In this document: positions 23,724-30,380 of the stretch, piece by piece | Layout of the letters: each line of letters starts with the position of its first letter | Numbering within the stretch: the first letter of the stretch is position 1 | Program-made: the position numbers and the translations under genes | From: a virus | IMG/VR virus record: IMGVR_UViG_3300027565_000001 | DNA length: 64,000 bases | Reading direction: 5' to 3' (one strand) | The notes under the pieces: model-generated | The model's input: only the letters and a program-made list of their open reading frames with translations | Database searches by the model: none | What the model was told of the DNA's origin: nothing

Positions 23724-23972
23724 TTATCCCCTGCGTTTTGCCGCTGGCGGTTTGTCCGATTTGGGTGCCGCCGCAGCTTCGCCTTCGGCTGCGCGCGGCG
23801 CGGCGTCTTCTATCCGTGCGCGGATTTCCTCGATGGTCTCGACTGCGTAGAACACCTGCCCGTTGCCCATCCTGATCGTCGCCTTGCCGGCGCAGGAGCG
23901 GATTGAAGCGATCTGGGCGATGCCGAGATCGTAGTAGCCGTCCTCGGCGATGATGGTGATGAAGCCGCGCAT
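23724..23972 (-). CDS. hypothetical protein (82 aa)
   Basis: Start at MRGFITIIAEDGYY.... The first 17 codons of the track ORF are the translation of hairpin copy C. Confidence 0.55.
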   Translation of the reverse strand: MRGFITIIAEDGYYDLGIAQIASIRSCAGKATIRMGNGQVFYAVETIEEIRARIEDAAPRAAEGEAAAAPKSDKPPAAKRRG

Positions 23973-23993
23973 GATCCGCTTCTCAATGATGAT

Positions 23994-24021
23994 CGCCTCG
24001 CCGCTTAATGCGGCGGCACAC
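23994..24021 (+). repeat. GC-hairpin repeat, copy C
   Basis: cgcctcgccgc-ttaa-tgcggcggcacac, in the spacer between minus-strand genes. Confidence 0.85.
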
Positions 24022-24026
24022 AAGCA

Positions 24027-24332
24027 TTATCTCCACGGTGCCTCCGCGCGCCACAATGCCAGCCTGTGATCTCGCTCCTCAAGGTCTAGGAGCCCGAGGT
24101 CGCGCGCCACATCTGGATCGTATTCAACCGCCCAAGTCGTATCGTGTAGGAGATCGGGGTCGGTGATATCCACTCCCGAGCACCGAGAACGCTCCACTGC
24201 CTTAGCGTAAGCTTGGCGCAAGCTATCCGCATCGATGATTTCGTGGAACTCGTTTGGACCGCTCAATATGATGAAGGTTGCCAACCGGAGGAGGCGTGTC
24301 TCGATGGCCGTTATGCGATCTGGGGTGGCCAT
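24027..24332 (-). CDS. hypothetical protein (101 aa)
   Basis: Start at MATPDRITAIE... overlapping the upstream stop (TAATG). Confidence 0.6.
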   Translation of the reverse strand: MATPDRITAIETRLLRLATFIILSGPNEFHEIIDADSLRQAYAKAVERSRCSGVDITDPDLLHDTTWAVEYDPDVARDLGLLDLEERDHRLALWRAEAPWR

Positions 24333-24511
24333 TACCGAACTGCCTTCCATTCGTGCTCGCCCAGCGTCTTCTCGCAGAAGATCACCGCGCCCAGCCGATC
24401 GTGGGCATTGACTTCCATGACCTTGACTGCGTTGGTGCGGGAGTTGCGGAGGCGGATGGTGTAGGAAACCGTGCTGCAGCCCCAGTCGGCGCTGGTCAGG
24501 TTCTTGGACAT
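24332..24511 (-). CDS. small protein (59 aa), first gene of the leftward operon of the second switch
   Basis: Below the track cut-off. Hand translation MSKNLTSADWGCSTVSYTIRLRNSRTNAVKVMEVNAHDRLGAVIFCEKTLGEHEWKAVR. GGAG lies 7 nt upstream. Confidence 0.5.
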   Translation of the reverse strand: MSKNLTSADWGCSTVSYTIRLRNSRTNAVKVMEVNAHDRLGAVIFCEKTLGEHEWKAVR

Positions 24512-24553
24512 TCGGGATCTCCGGGTTGGGGGTGTGGCGTCTTGCTGATTTGG

Positions 24554-24582
24554 ACCCTACGCCTCAGTCAAAAGCCTGTCAA
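24554..24582 (-). promoter_or_regulatory. leftward promoter of the divergent switch
   Basis: On the minus strand: TTGACA (24582-24577), 17-nt spacer, TAGGGT (24559-24554). Confidence 0.45.
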
Positions 24583-24616
24583 CACAAAATATACGCCGCA
24601 AGTGTTGGCGACGATG

Positions 24617-24646
24617 TTGACAAGCCCCGCGTGATGCGTTTATGGT
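24617..24646 (+). promoter_or_regulatory. rightward promoter of the divergent switch (leaderless)
   Basis: TTGACA (24617-24622), 18-nt spacer, TATGGT (24641-24646). The ATG at 24653 is 6 nt after the -10 box. Confidence 0.5.
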
Positions 24647-24652
24647 ACAGCA

Positions 24653-24835
24653 ATGGCCAAAGATACCTTCCTCCACATGCGCATCTCGGGTGATGTGATT
24701 CGAGCCCTTGATGCGCTTCGTAAGGACGAGAACGACTTGCCCAATAGGTCCGATATGGTTAGGCGATTGATCGCGCGCGCCGTTGCTCAACGGCGCGACG
24801 TGGGAAGCGACTCCAAACGGGCGGCACGCCGATGA
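24653..24835 (+). CDS. ribbon-helix-helix DNA-binding protein (60 aa)
   Basis: DTFLHMRISGDVIRALDALRKDENDLPNRSDMVRRLIARAV fits the RHH (Arc/Mnt/CopG) layout. Confidence 0.7.
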   Translation: MAKDTFLHMRISGDVIRALDALRKDENDLPNRSDMVRRLIARAVAQRRDVGSDSKRAARR

Positions 24836-25035
24836 CTCCCGTCAACTCCGACGAAACCCTAGCCCTCATCCGCTATTATGCCTCGCGGATCATTGAGGTG
24901 TGCAACGCGCCGATCCCCGGCGAGCAGGACGATTACAAGCTGGCCGAAGGGACGGAACGATTTGCGAGAGTGATAGGAGAATACGCGGGACGTGTTGCGG
25001 TCTTGGCTGATGCAATCCGCGAGGCACGCCGATGA
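24832..25035 (+). CDS. hypothetical protein (67 aa)
   Basis: ATGA-coupled ORF. Confidence 0.6.
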   Translation: MTPVNSDETLALIRYYASRIIEVCNAPIPGEQDDYKLAEGTERFARVIGEYAGRVAVLADAIREARR

Positions 25036-25235
25036 CCCCCGTCATGTTGAAGGGCCTCATCTGGATAGCCGAGCACGAGCCCGTGGGCACCTTCCCGGCT
25101 GATGGGCCATCCAACGTGATCCGCCGCAAGCTGGAGTGCGCAGGATTGATAGAGCGCGCAGGGCGGGGAGCGGTTATCAAGTACCAGTTGAGCCCGGCGG
25201 GTAGGCATGCAATGGCTGGGGAGGCGCGGCGATGA
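25032..25235 (+). CDS. hypothetical protein (67 aa), possibly winged-helix
   Basis: ATGA-coupled ORF. NVIRRKLECAGLIERAGRG looks wHTH-like. Confidence 0.6.
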   Translation: MTPVMLKGLIWIAEHEPVGTFPADGPSNVIRRKLECAGLIERAGRGAVIKYQLSPAGRHAMAGEARR

Positions 25236-25489
25236 GTGAAGCCTCTGACGCCGCCGCCCATGCTGCGGTCGCGGAACTGATGCCCCTACCATTGGGCGAT
25301 GGGCGTACTGCCAAGAAAGATCCCGCCTACTGCGAGCGCGAAGGCGTAGACCATTGCTGGGAAACATCAAAGGAGGAGCGGCCACCTTGGATGAGCAGTG
25401 CGCCGTCCATCCACGATCCAGAGGTGCTCGTCTGCACTAACTGCGGCAGCAGGAAAGTGGTGCCAAGTCGATGGGGTGAGAGGCGATGA
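25232..25489 (+). CDS. hypothetical Cys-containing protein (85 aa)
   Basis: ATGA-coupled ORF. YCEREGVDHCW...VCTNCGS. Confidence 0.6.
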   Translation: MSEASDAAAHAAVAELMPLPLGDGRTAKKDPAYCEREGVDHCWETSKEERPPWMSSAPSIHDPEVLVCTNCGSRKVVPSRWGERR

Positions 25490-25713
25490 GCAGCAAGCTT
25501 CCCAACTTTCCGCCCGCACCCGTCAGCGCCGACATAGCGGAGTTGCGCAGCGCGTTGGATGCGACGCTCAAATTACAGGTGGGGGAACCCGCAGACTCGG
25601 ATTCTGCCCAACTGGCCTACGCCATGGCCCACGTCCTCAAACTGATGACAGAGGTGCTGGAGCGAATGGACCGAGACTGGGCCAAGCTCAGAAGTGTGAC
25701 GGAGGGGCCATGA
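25486..25713 (+). CDS. hypothetical protein (75 aa)
   Basis: ATGA-coupled ORF. Confidence 0.6.
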   Translation: MSSKLPNFPPAPVSADIAELRSALDATLKLQVGEPADSDSAQLAYAMAHVLKLMTEVLERMDRDWAKLRSVTEGP

Positions 25714-25973
25714 TCCTCCCTTGGCGCAAGAAGCTCCCAGACCATCCCGTCCATGAGCACTTCACGTATGACCTCGGCTACTCCGTCATGCAGAACGGGG
25801 ACATCATCACATCAGACGGCAAGCCCCGCCTGCTATCGGATGAACACGCGAAGATCGCCAAGGCCAATGCCAAGAAGGCAGGCAAGCCCGTGCTGTTCCG
25901 AGAACCATTGCCGCATGAGCGGGAGGACTTCGATGCGGCAATGACTCCACCGCCGTGGGATGCGGTGTCATGA
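25710..25973 (+). CDS. hypothetical protein (87 aa)
   Basis: Start at MILPWRKKLPDHP... with ATGA overlap. The upstream part of the 191-aa track ORF overlaps real genes. Confidence 0.6.
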   Translation: MILPWRKKLPDHPVHEHFTYDLGYSVMQNGDIITSDGKPRLLSDEHAKIAKANAKKAGKPVLFREPLPHEREDFDAAMTPPPWDAVS

Positions 25974-26233
25974 GAATCAGCAAGGACCAGGACAAAATCA
26001 TCAGGGACGCACTTGGCTCCGAGTACGATGCTTGGGTCGCCGCGAACAAGCCGACGTTCTGGAAGTGCACGCGCGTATCTACGACCAAATGTCATCTCAC
26101 CTACGACGAAGTGGAAACGATCAAGACACTGATCGGGGATTGGTTCTATTTCATCGCTAAAGCGAAGCCGAGGCCCACAGAGTTTGAGAAGGACGTAGCT
26201 GCATTAGCCACCAAACTCGGCATGGACGATTAG
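25970..26233 (+). CDS. hypothetical protein (87 aa)
   Basis: Start at MRISKDQDKII... with ATGA overlap. Confidence 0.6.
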   Translation: MRISKDQDKIIRDALGSEYDAWVAANKPTFWKCTRVSTTKCHLTYDEVETIKTLIGDWFYFIAKAKPRPTEFEKDVAALATKLGMDD

Positions 26234-26247
26234 GAGAACGAGCGCAG

Positions 26248-26514
26248 ATGACCATTGACCCCATCGCCTTCTCCCAAACCCAACTCGCACTCGCCATGAT
26301 GAGTAAGGACGCCACGCCGCCCAATGCGGCGGCACACAATGCCCCTAAATCCTACCGCTGGCTATCAAGTTTGATCACCTTCCTCATCTCCACTTGGGCA
26401 GGTAGTACTGCTGGGTCTGTGATGATGGTATTAGGTGCGGGGCCGGTCTGGATTATGCTCACTGCCGGGATCGTGACGCTGGGGATGCTGATGGGGATCC
26501 GAGTATCGGAATAG
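26248..26514 (+). CDS. membrane protein (88 aa) containing hairpin copy D in-frame
   Basis: AGGAGA lies upstream of the ATG. C-terminal half has two hydrophobic helices. Codons 21-30 (DATPPNAAAH) are the repeat. Confidence 0.5.
   Translation: MTIDPIAFSQTQLALAMMSKDATPPNAAAHNAPKSYRWLSSLITFLISTWAGSTAGSVMMVLGAGPVWIMLTAGIVTLGMLMGIRVSE
26310..26337 (+). repeat. GC-hairpin repeat, copy D
   Basis: cgccacgccgc-ccaa-tgcggcggcacac. The only copy inside a predicted ORF. Confidence 0.85.
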
Positions 26515-26526
26515 GGTCGTGCGGCC

Positions 26527-26778
26527 GTGACGGTGAAAATCGGCATCGTCAAGGTCGGCGACAAGGTCACCTGCACGGAAGGCCACGTGATCTGCGAGGT
26601 CATCGCCGACCCTTGGACAACTCTACCTTGGAGCGACGCGTTCGGCGTTTGGCGGCAGAAGGATCGCCCACGTCGCGGAGAAATGTATAAACCCAAGTGC
26701 GCCGTGTGCGGGGCGGACTTCATCCACCCTGGACCAAACTGGGCGATGCATTTTCAGGATGGGCGGTGGAAGCCATAA
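26527..26778 (+). CDS. hypothetical Cys-containing protein (83 aa)
   Basis: GTG start. CTEGHVIC...CAVCG. Confidence 0.55.
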   Translation: MTVKIGIVKVGDKVTCTEGHVICEVIADPWTTLPWSDAFGVWRQKDRPRRGEMYKPKCAVCGADFIHPGPNWAMHFQDGRWKP

Positions 26779-26876
26779 TGGCCTATTAATACCGATAGTG
26801 GCAATGCCGCCACAGTTCGCTGCTAAATGTAGTTTCCGCTTGCAGATAGCAGCAAATCGTTTTAGAAGGCCCCAAA

Positions 26877-27080
26877 ATGGCCAAGGGGGAAACCATCCAT
26901 CTGCGGATCGAGGAGTCCCTGCGAGACCGCCTCGTGACTCTAGCCGCTAAGGATCACCGTTCCCTGTCGAACTTGATAGAGAAAATCGTACTCGACTGGT
27001 ACGAGGATAAACATCAGAAGCCGAGAGCCCGTACCATAAACGGCCACGACACCCAGGCGGCAAAGACCGCCGCGCCCTAA
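26877..27080 (+). CDS. ribbon-helix-helix DNA-binding protein (67 aa)
   Basis: ETIHLRIEESLRDRLVTLAAKDHRSLSNLIEKIVLDWY fits the RHH/CopG layout. Preceded by an AT-richer 98-nt spacer containing CTGCTA-N21-TAGCAG. Confidence 0.7.
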   Translation: MAKGETIHLRIEESLRDRLVTLAAKDHRSLSNLIEKIVLDWYEDKHQKPRARTINGHDTQAAKTAAP

Positions 27081-27146
27081 AGCATCACCTGCGTATCCCG
27101 TTGCGTTGCGTTTCCATCCTCTCCACGATTGAAGGATCGTAAACGC

Positions 27147-27860
27147 ATGCACCCACACTCCCGCTTTAACTGGGCCATCTGGGCGCTCGCCGCCGCGGCC
27201 ATCATCGGCTTCGCCTTCATCTATGCGCATCCGGCCAAGGCCGGCGGCCCCGTCATGGGGGCGGCGATCGAAGTCAGTGCCGGCGGCGCCATCACTCAGG
27301 ATCAGCTCTCCTCGGGTACATCCAAGATCGACCTCTCCCAGGTCGGCCTGCTCGGGGGTATCGGCGCGGGCCTGACCTGCAAGACGGACGCCTTCATCTG
27401 CGGCATCATGGGCCGCTATTCCTACATGCACGAGAGCGGGGCCATCGGCTCGGCGTCGCTGGTATCGTCCAACCTCGTCGAAGTCGCGGCCAAATTCGGG
27501 GTCAGGCTTACCGCGGCAACCTCGCTATACGGCCTCGGCGGATACGCCTGGCAGAACCTCGATCTTTCCTCGGTCGGCATGGGAACCAAGACGCCTGCCG
27601 GTTGGCTGGCCGGCGGCGGGTTCGAGCACCAGATCGCCAAGTCGCCCTGGTATCTCAACGCCGAGTACGAGCACATCTTCTTCGGCGCCCAGGGCCTAGA
27701 TGCCAGCACCAAGCTGACGCCAGATGCCAACATCGTCCGTGTGGGTCTGGCTTATCACTTCGGCGAGAAGTCTGGCGCAAATCCCTTCGATGTCAGCGGT
27801 CTACTGCCCGAAGAGAAAGGCTGCGACCCCAAGCTCGCCACCTGCCCACGCTTGAAGTAG
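27147..27860 (+). CDS. outer-membrane beta-barrel protein (Omp25/Omp31/porin-family-like)
   Basis: Signal peptide ...AIIGFAFIYAHPAKA/GG. Alternating Gly/aromatic beta-strand pattern ending ...NIVRVGLAYHF, plus a 35-aa tail with 2 Cys. Lom-like moron position. Confidence 0.75.
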   Translation: MHPHSRFNWAIWALAAAAIIGFAFIYAHPAKAGGPVMGAAIEVSAGGAITQDQLSSGTSKIDLSQVGLLGGIGAGLTCKTDAFICGIMGRYSYMHESGAIGSASLVSSNLVEVAAKFGVRLTAATSLYGLGGYAWQNLDLSSVGMGTKTPAGWLAGGGFEHQIAKSPWYLNAEYEHIFFGAQGLDASTKLTPDANIVRVGLAYHFGEKSGANPFDVSGLLPEEKGCDPKLATCPRLK

Positions 27861-27864
27861 GAGA

Positions 27865-27894
27865 CGCCGCGCCGCACTTTATGCGGCGGCACCC
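27865..27894 (+). repeat. GC-hairpin repeat, copy E
   Basis: cgccgcgccgc-acttta-tgcggcggcaccc, 4 nt after the OMP stop. Confidence 0.85.
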
Positions 27895-27978
27895 ATAATC
27901 CATAATCACCGAGATCCGCAGCCGGCCGCTGACCGCTCTTCTCCTCAACCAGCACTAAAGGCCAGTTGCGGTGCCCCA

Positions 27979-28015
27979 GGTCGCCGCCTTTCCTGACAGT
28001 GGGGGGGCGGCGACC
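27979..28015 (+). other. perfect 10-bp GC hairpin in the 5' region of the 28037 gene
   Basis: GGTCGCCGCC, 17-nt loop, GGCGGCGACC, read directly from the sequence. Confidence 0.6.
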
Positions 28016-28036
28016 GTCCCATTAACCGGAGTCCTG

Positions 28037-28588
28037 ATGGACGATCTTCCGACCTTCACATCTGGATCGATGCAGACGAGCAGCACTTCAGGCGCGATGC
28101 TCTCGGGCGCCATCACGGCGCTGAATGCGCTGAATACCAACCACACCTACACGGTCAATCCGGTGCAGCAATACACCCAGGATCTGGCCCGCTATTCCGG
28201 GCTGCATCAGTTCGGCAATCTCAATTCCCTCACGCCAACGCAGATCACCCTCGGAGGATCATCATCCGTGTCCGCCCCTGTCGCCGTGAAACCCAAGCTG
28301 CGCGTCTGCCGCGTGTTCCTGGTTGACTGCGACGAGCGCATCCCCGTCGATAAGCGCATTATCTACCGCACCGACGAATTGATCACGGAGAGCGACGACC
28401 GCGAGTTGTTCTTCGACATCCCGGTGAAGGATCTGCTCGCCAAGCATAACGATTATCGCAAGACGGTGGAGTGGGAGGAGAAGACCGCCGATGGCACCAA
28501 GACTCGCACGGGCCTGAAGGAAATCCGCATCCGCGACCTGATCATGTCGGTCACGACCATTGCCGAGTTCGCCGGGCGCACTCACTGA
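28037..28588 (+). CDS. hypothetical protein (183 aa)
   Basis: The ATG (MDDLPTF...) has GGAG 5 nt upstream. Ser/Thr-rich N-terminus and a charged C-terminal domain. No family recognised. Confidence 0.6.
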   Translation: MDDLPTFTSGSMQTSSTSGAMLSGAITALNALNTNHTYTVNPVQQYTQDLARYSGLHQFGNLNSLTPTQITLGGSSSVSAPVAVKPKLRVCRVFLVDCDERIPVDKRIIYRTDELITESDDRELFFDIPVKDLLAKHNDYRKTVEWEEKTADGTKTRTGLKEIRIRDLIMSVTTIAEFAGRTH

Positions 28589-28599
28589 GCGGTGATTAT

Positions 28600-28628
28600 C
28601 GCCACGCCGCACTTCATGCGGCGGCACC
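28600..28628 (+). repeat. GC-hairpin repeat, copy F
   Basis: cgccacgccgc-acttca-tgcggcggcacc, 11 nt after the stop at 28588. A 28-nt perfect inverted copy of H. Confidence 0.85.
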
Positions 28629-28645
28629 ATAATAAAGGCAGATCG

Positions 28646-28825
28646 ATGATCGACCTCGCCACCATCCGCACCATCATCATCGTCGCCCTGCTCATGAGCA
28701 TTGCCGCCATAGCCGCTGTTAGCTTGGGAGGGTGTGCTTCCTTCAAGGATGATCAGAATAACCTGTTCTCAATTCACTACGACGCCAAGGGGATGTACTC
28801 GCGTCAGGACAGGGCGCGGTTCTAG
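28646..28825 (+). CDS. small lipoprotein (59 aa)
   Basis: MIDLATIRTIIIVALLMSIAAIAAVSLGG/C, a signal peptide with a lipobox. Below the cut-off when trimmed from the track ORF. Confidence 0.6.
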   Translation: MIDLATIRTIIIVALLMSIAAIAAVSLGGCASFKDDQNNLFSIHYDAKGMYSRQDRARF

Positions 28826-28830
28826 GATTT

Positions 28831-28866
28831 GTGTGCCGCCGCAGCCCTGCGGGCGCGGCGTGGCGG
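28831..28866 (-). repeat. GC-hairpin repeat, copy G (long loop)
   Basis: gtgtgccgccgc-agccctgcgggc-gcggcgtggcgg, followed like copy H by t(t/c)ttca(a)caggagagg. Confidence 0.8.
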
Positions 28867-28898
28867 TTTTCAACAGGAGAGGCTAAGAAAGCTCTGAG

Positions 28899-29873
28899 AT
28901 GATCGACCGCCGCAAGCTCATGCAGGTGCTGGGGCAGGTATTTGGCGCAGCGGCACTGATGCCACTCGCCGAACTGACGAAGGCTACCGCGTCACCAATT
29001 CCAGCGGTATTGCGTGCCATGGCTGCCGACATGCAGAAGACGGCAGACGCCTTCCGTGCAGGGGAAGCGCCTGAGCTGCTGGCCGGTACCTACGACAGGA
29101 TATTTCAGCATCGGCCATCGGAGCGTTCCATCGAGCAGACGGTGCATGTCGCGTATTTCGCCGACCCTGATCACTCCGGCCAACGCTTCCTCTACCAAAG
29201 CGAGCTCGCGGAATACGGATTGGGCTTTCTCGTCGTCAGGGACGACGATCCTCGCAAGACAATCGGCGGCGTTCCCGTTGCGCGCTTGGCGGATTTACCG
29301 CAGATGCTGCGCAGCCTCGCCATTTCCTTCCAGAGCATGCGTGAGATCCACGCGGCCGAACTGTTCGATAATGCCGATGTCTACGATGCTCACACCGTCG
29401 GCGATGGCGTCGCCATGTGCTCGCCGATGCATCCCTGCGATGGAGCCACTTGGGCCAATGCGCTGGCGACGCCGTGCGATCTTAACGGTCATTCCCTGCG
29501 CCATGTCCTGGAGCAGATACGCACGACCTTCGTCGATCAGCGCGGCTTGCGTATCAGCGCACGCGGCCGGCGCCTCGTCGTGCCGCTGGCCATCGCCTAT
29601 GACGCTGAGCGCGCTATCGCTCAGCTGAAAGCTGACGATCCCTTCAATACGTTCCGGTTCGATTATGAACCGGTCGTCTGGGATTACTTGACCAAGGAAC
29701 ACCGATGGTTCGTCCTGACGACTTGCCAGGGCTTCCATTGGTTCGAGCGCGAGCCGTTCTCCGTTGCCTGCGATGTGGATGTGAACAAGGATTGCGTGCA
29801 CGTCATAGGCCATGAGAAGCGCGCCTTCGCTTGTCATGATCCACGTGCGGTCTTTATGAGTGCCGCCGCATGA
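28899..29873 (+). CDS. major-capsid-protein paralogue with N-terminal Tat-like signal peptide (324 aa)
   Basis: The C-terminal ~190 aa align with the bona fide capsid protein at 63409..64000 (TVGDGVAMCSPMHPCDGAT / IVGDGKALYDTGHPVDGST; HRWFVLTTCQGFHWFEREPF / YAWFVLTKNDGLVFFERDAY). N-terminus is MIDRRKLMQVLGQVFGAAALMPLAELTKATA/S. Confidence 0.8.
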   Translation: MIDRRKLMQVLGQVFGAAALMPLAELTKATASPIPAVLRAMAADMQKTADAFRAGEAPELLAGTYDRIFQHRPSERSIEQTVHVAYFADPDHSGQRFLYQSELAEYGLGFLVVRDDDPRKTIGGVPVARLADLPQMLRSLAISFQSMREIHAAELFDNADVYDAHTVGDGVAMCSPMHPCDGATWANALATPCDLNGHSLRHVLEQIRTTFVDQRGLRISARGRRLVVPLAIAYDAERAIAQLKADDPFNTFRFDYEPVVWDYLTKEHRWFVLTTCQGFHWFEREPFSVACDVDVNKDCVHVIGHEKRAFACHDPRAVFMSAAA

Positions 29874-29888
29874 AGTGCGGCGTGGCGG
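29860..29888 (-). repeat. GC-hairpin repeat, copy H
   Basis: gtgccgccgc-atgaagt-gcggcgtggcgg. It overlaps the stop of the capsid paralogue and lies 17 nt upstream of the ATG at 29906. Confidence 0.85.
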
Positions 29889-29905
29889 TCTTCACAGGAG
29901 AGGAT

Positions 29906-30202
29906 ATGGAAAATCTGCAGAAGAGTGCTCAACAGGACTTGAAACGGCTGATCAGCCAAATCGAACGCCTGGCCGAGGAACGCAAGGCGCTTGGCGCCGA
30001 CATCAGCGACAAGCTGAAGGAAGCCAAGAGCCGAGGCTTGGACCCGAAGATCATCCGCAAGGTGCTCGCCTTGCGCAAGAAGACAGAGGCCGAGCGCGAA
30101 GAGGAAGAGGCGATCTTAGCGACGTATCTGCACGCTTTGCAAGGGACACCTCTCGGCGACTACGCCGACCGCCAGGCGGCGCGCGAGATGGCCTCGGTAT
30201 AA
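29906..30202 (+). CDS. gapR: GapR-like (DUF2312) nucleoid-associated protein
   Basis: AQQDLKRLISQIERLAEERKALGADISDKLKEAKSRGLDPKIIRKVLALRKKTEAEREEEEAILATYLHAL aligns along its length with Caulobacter GapR (from memory). AGGAG lies 5 nt upstream. Confidence 0.8.
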   Translation: MENLQKSAQQDLKRLISQIERLAEERKALGADISDKLKEAKSRGLDPKIIRKVLALRKKTEAEREEEEAILATYLHALQGTPLGDYADRQAAREMASV

Positions 30203-30217
30203 TCAAGGAGAACAGCG

Positions 30218-30334
30218 ATGCCCAGAGTTCTGCAGCGCCTGCATCATGGCTGGCTCGGCGACCACATCAAGGCCTGGTGGCTGGCGCGGTTCGCACGCAG
30301 GGTGAGTGAGTTCAAGGCGGATGCGATCCGCTAA
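30218..30334 (+). CDS. small protein (38 aa)
   Basis: AAGGAG lies 7 nt upstream. MPRVLQRLHHGWLGDHIKAWWLARFARRVSEFKADAIR. Below the track cut-off. Confidence 0.45.
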   Translation: MPRVLQRLHHGWLGDHIKAWWLARFARRVSEFKADAIR

Positions 30335-30340
30335 CTTAGG

Positions 30341-30380
30341 GCCAAGGCCAGACTAGCGGGGGCTAGGGTCTGGCCTTGGC
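30341..30380. terminator. long hairpin at the convergence of the rightward and late (leftward) transcription
   Basis: GCCAAGGCCAGAC, 14-nt loop (itself CTAGC-ggg-GCTAG), GTCTGGCCTTGGC. No T-tract. Confidence 0.55.

Noticed and set aside
26248-26514. Trimming the 88-aa membrane ORF to start after hairpin repeat D, treating the repeat as intergenic like all the other copies.
   Set aside because: The only good RBS (AGGAGA) precedes the ATG at 26248. The downstream candidate starts (TTG, GTG) lack one. The full ORF is therefore kept, with reduced confidence, and the repeat is reported as in-frame.
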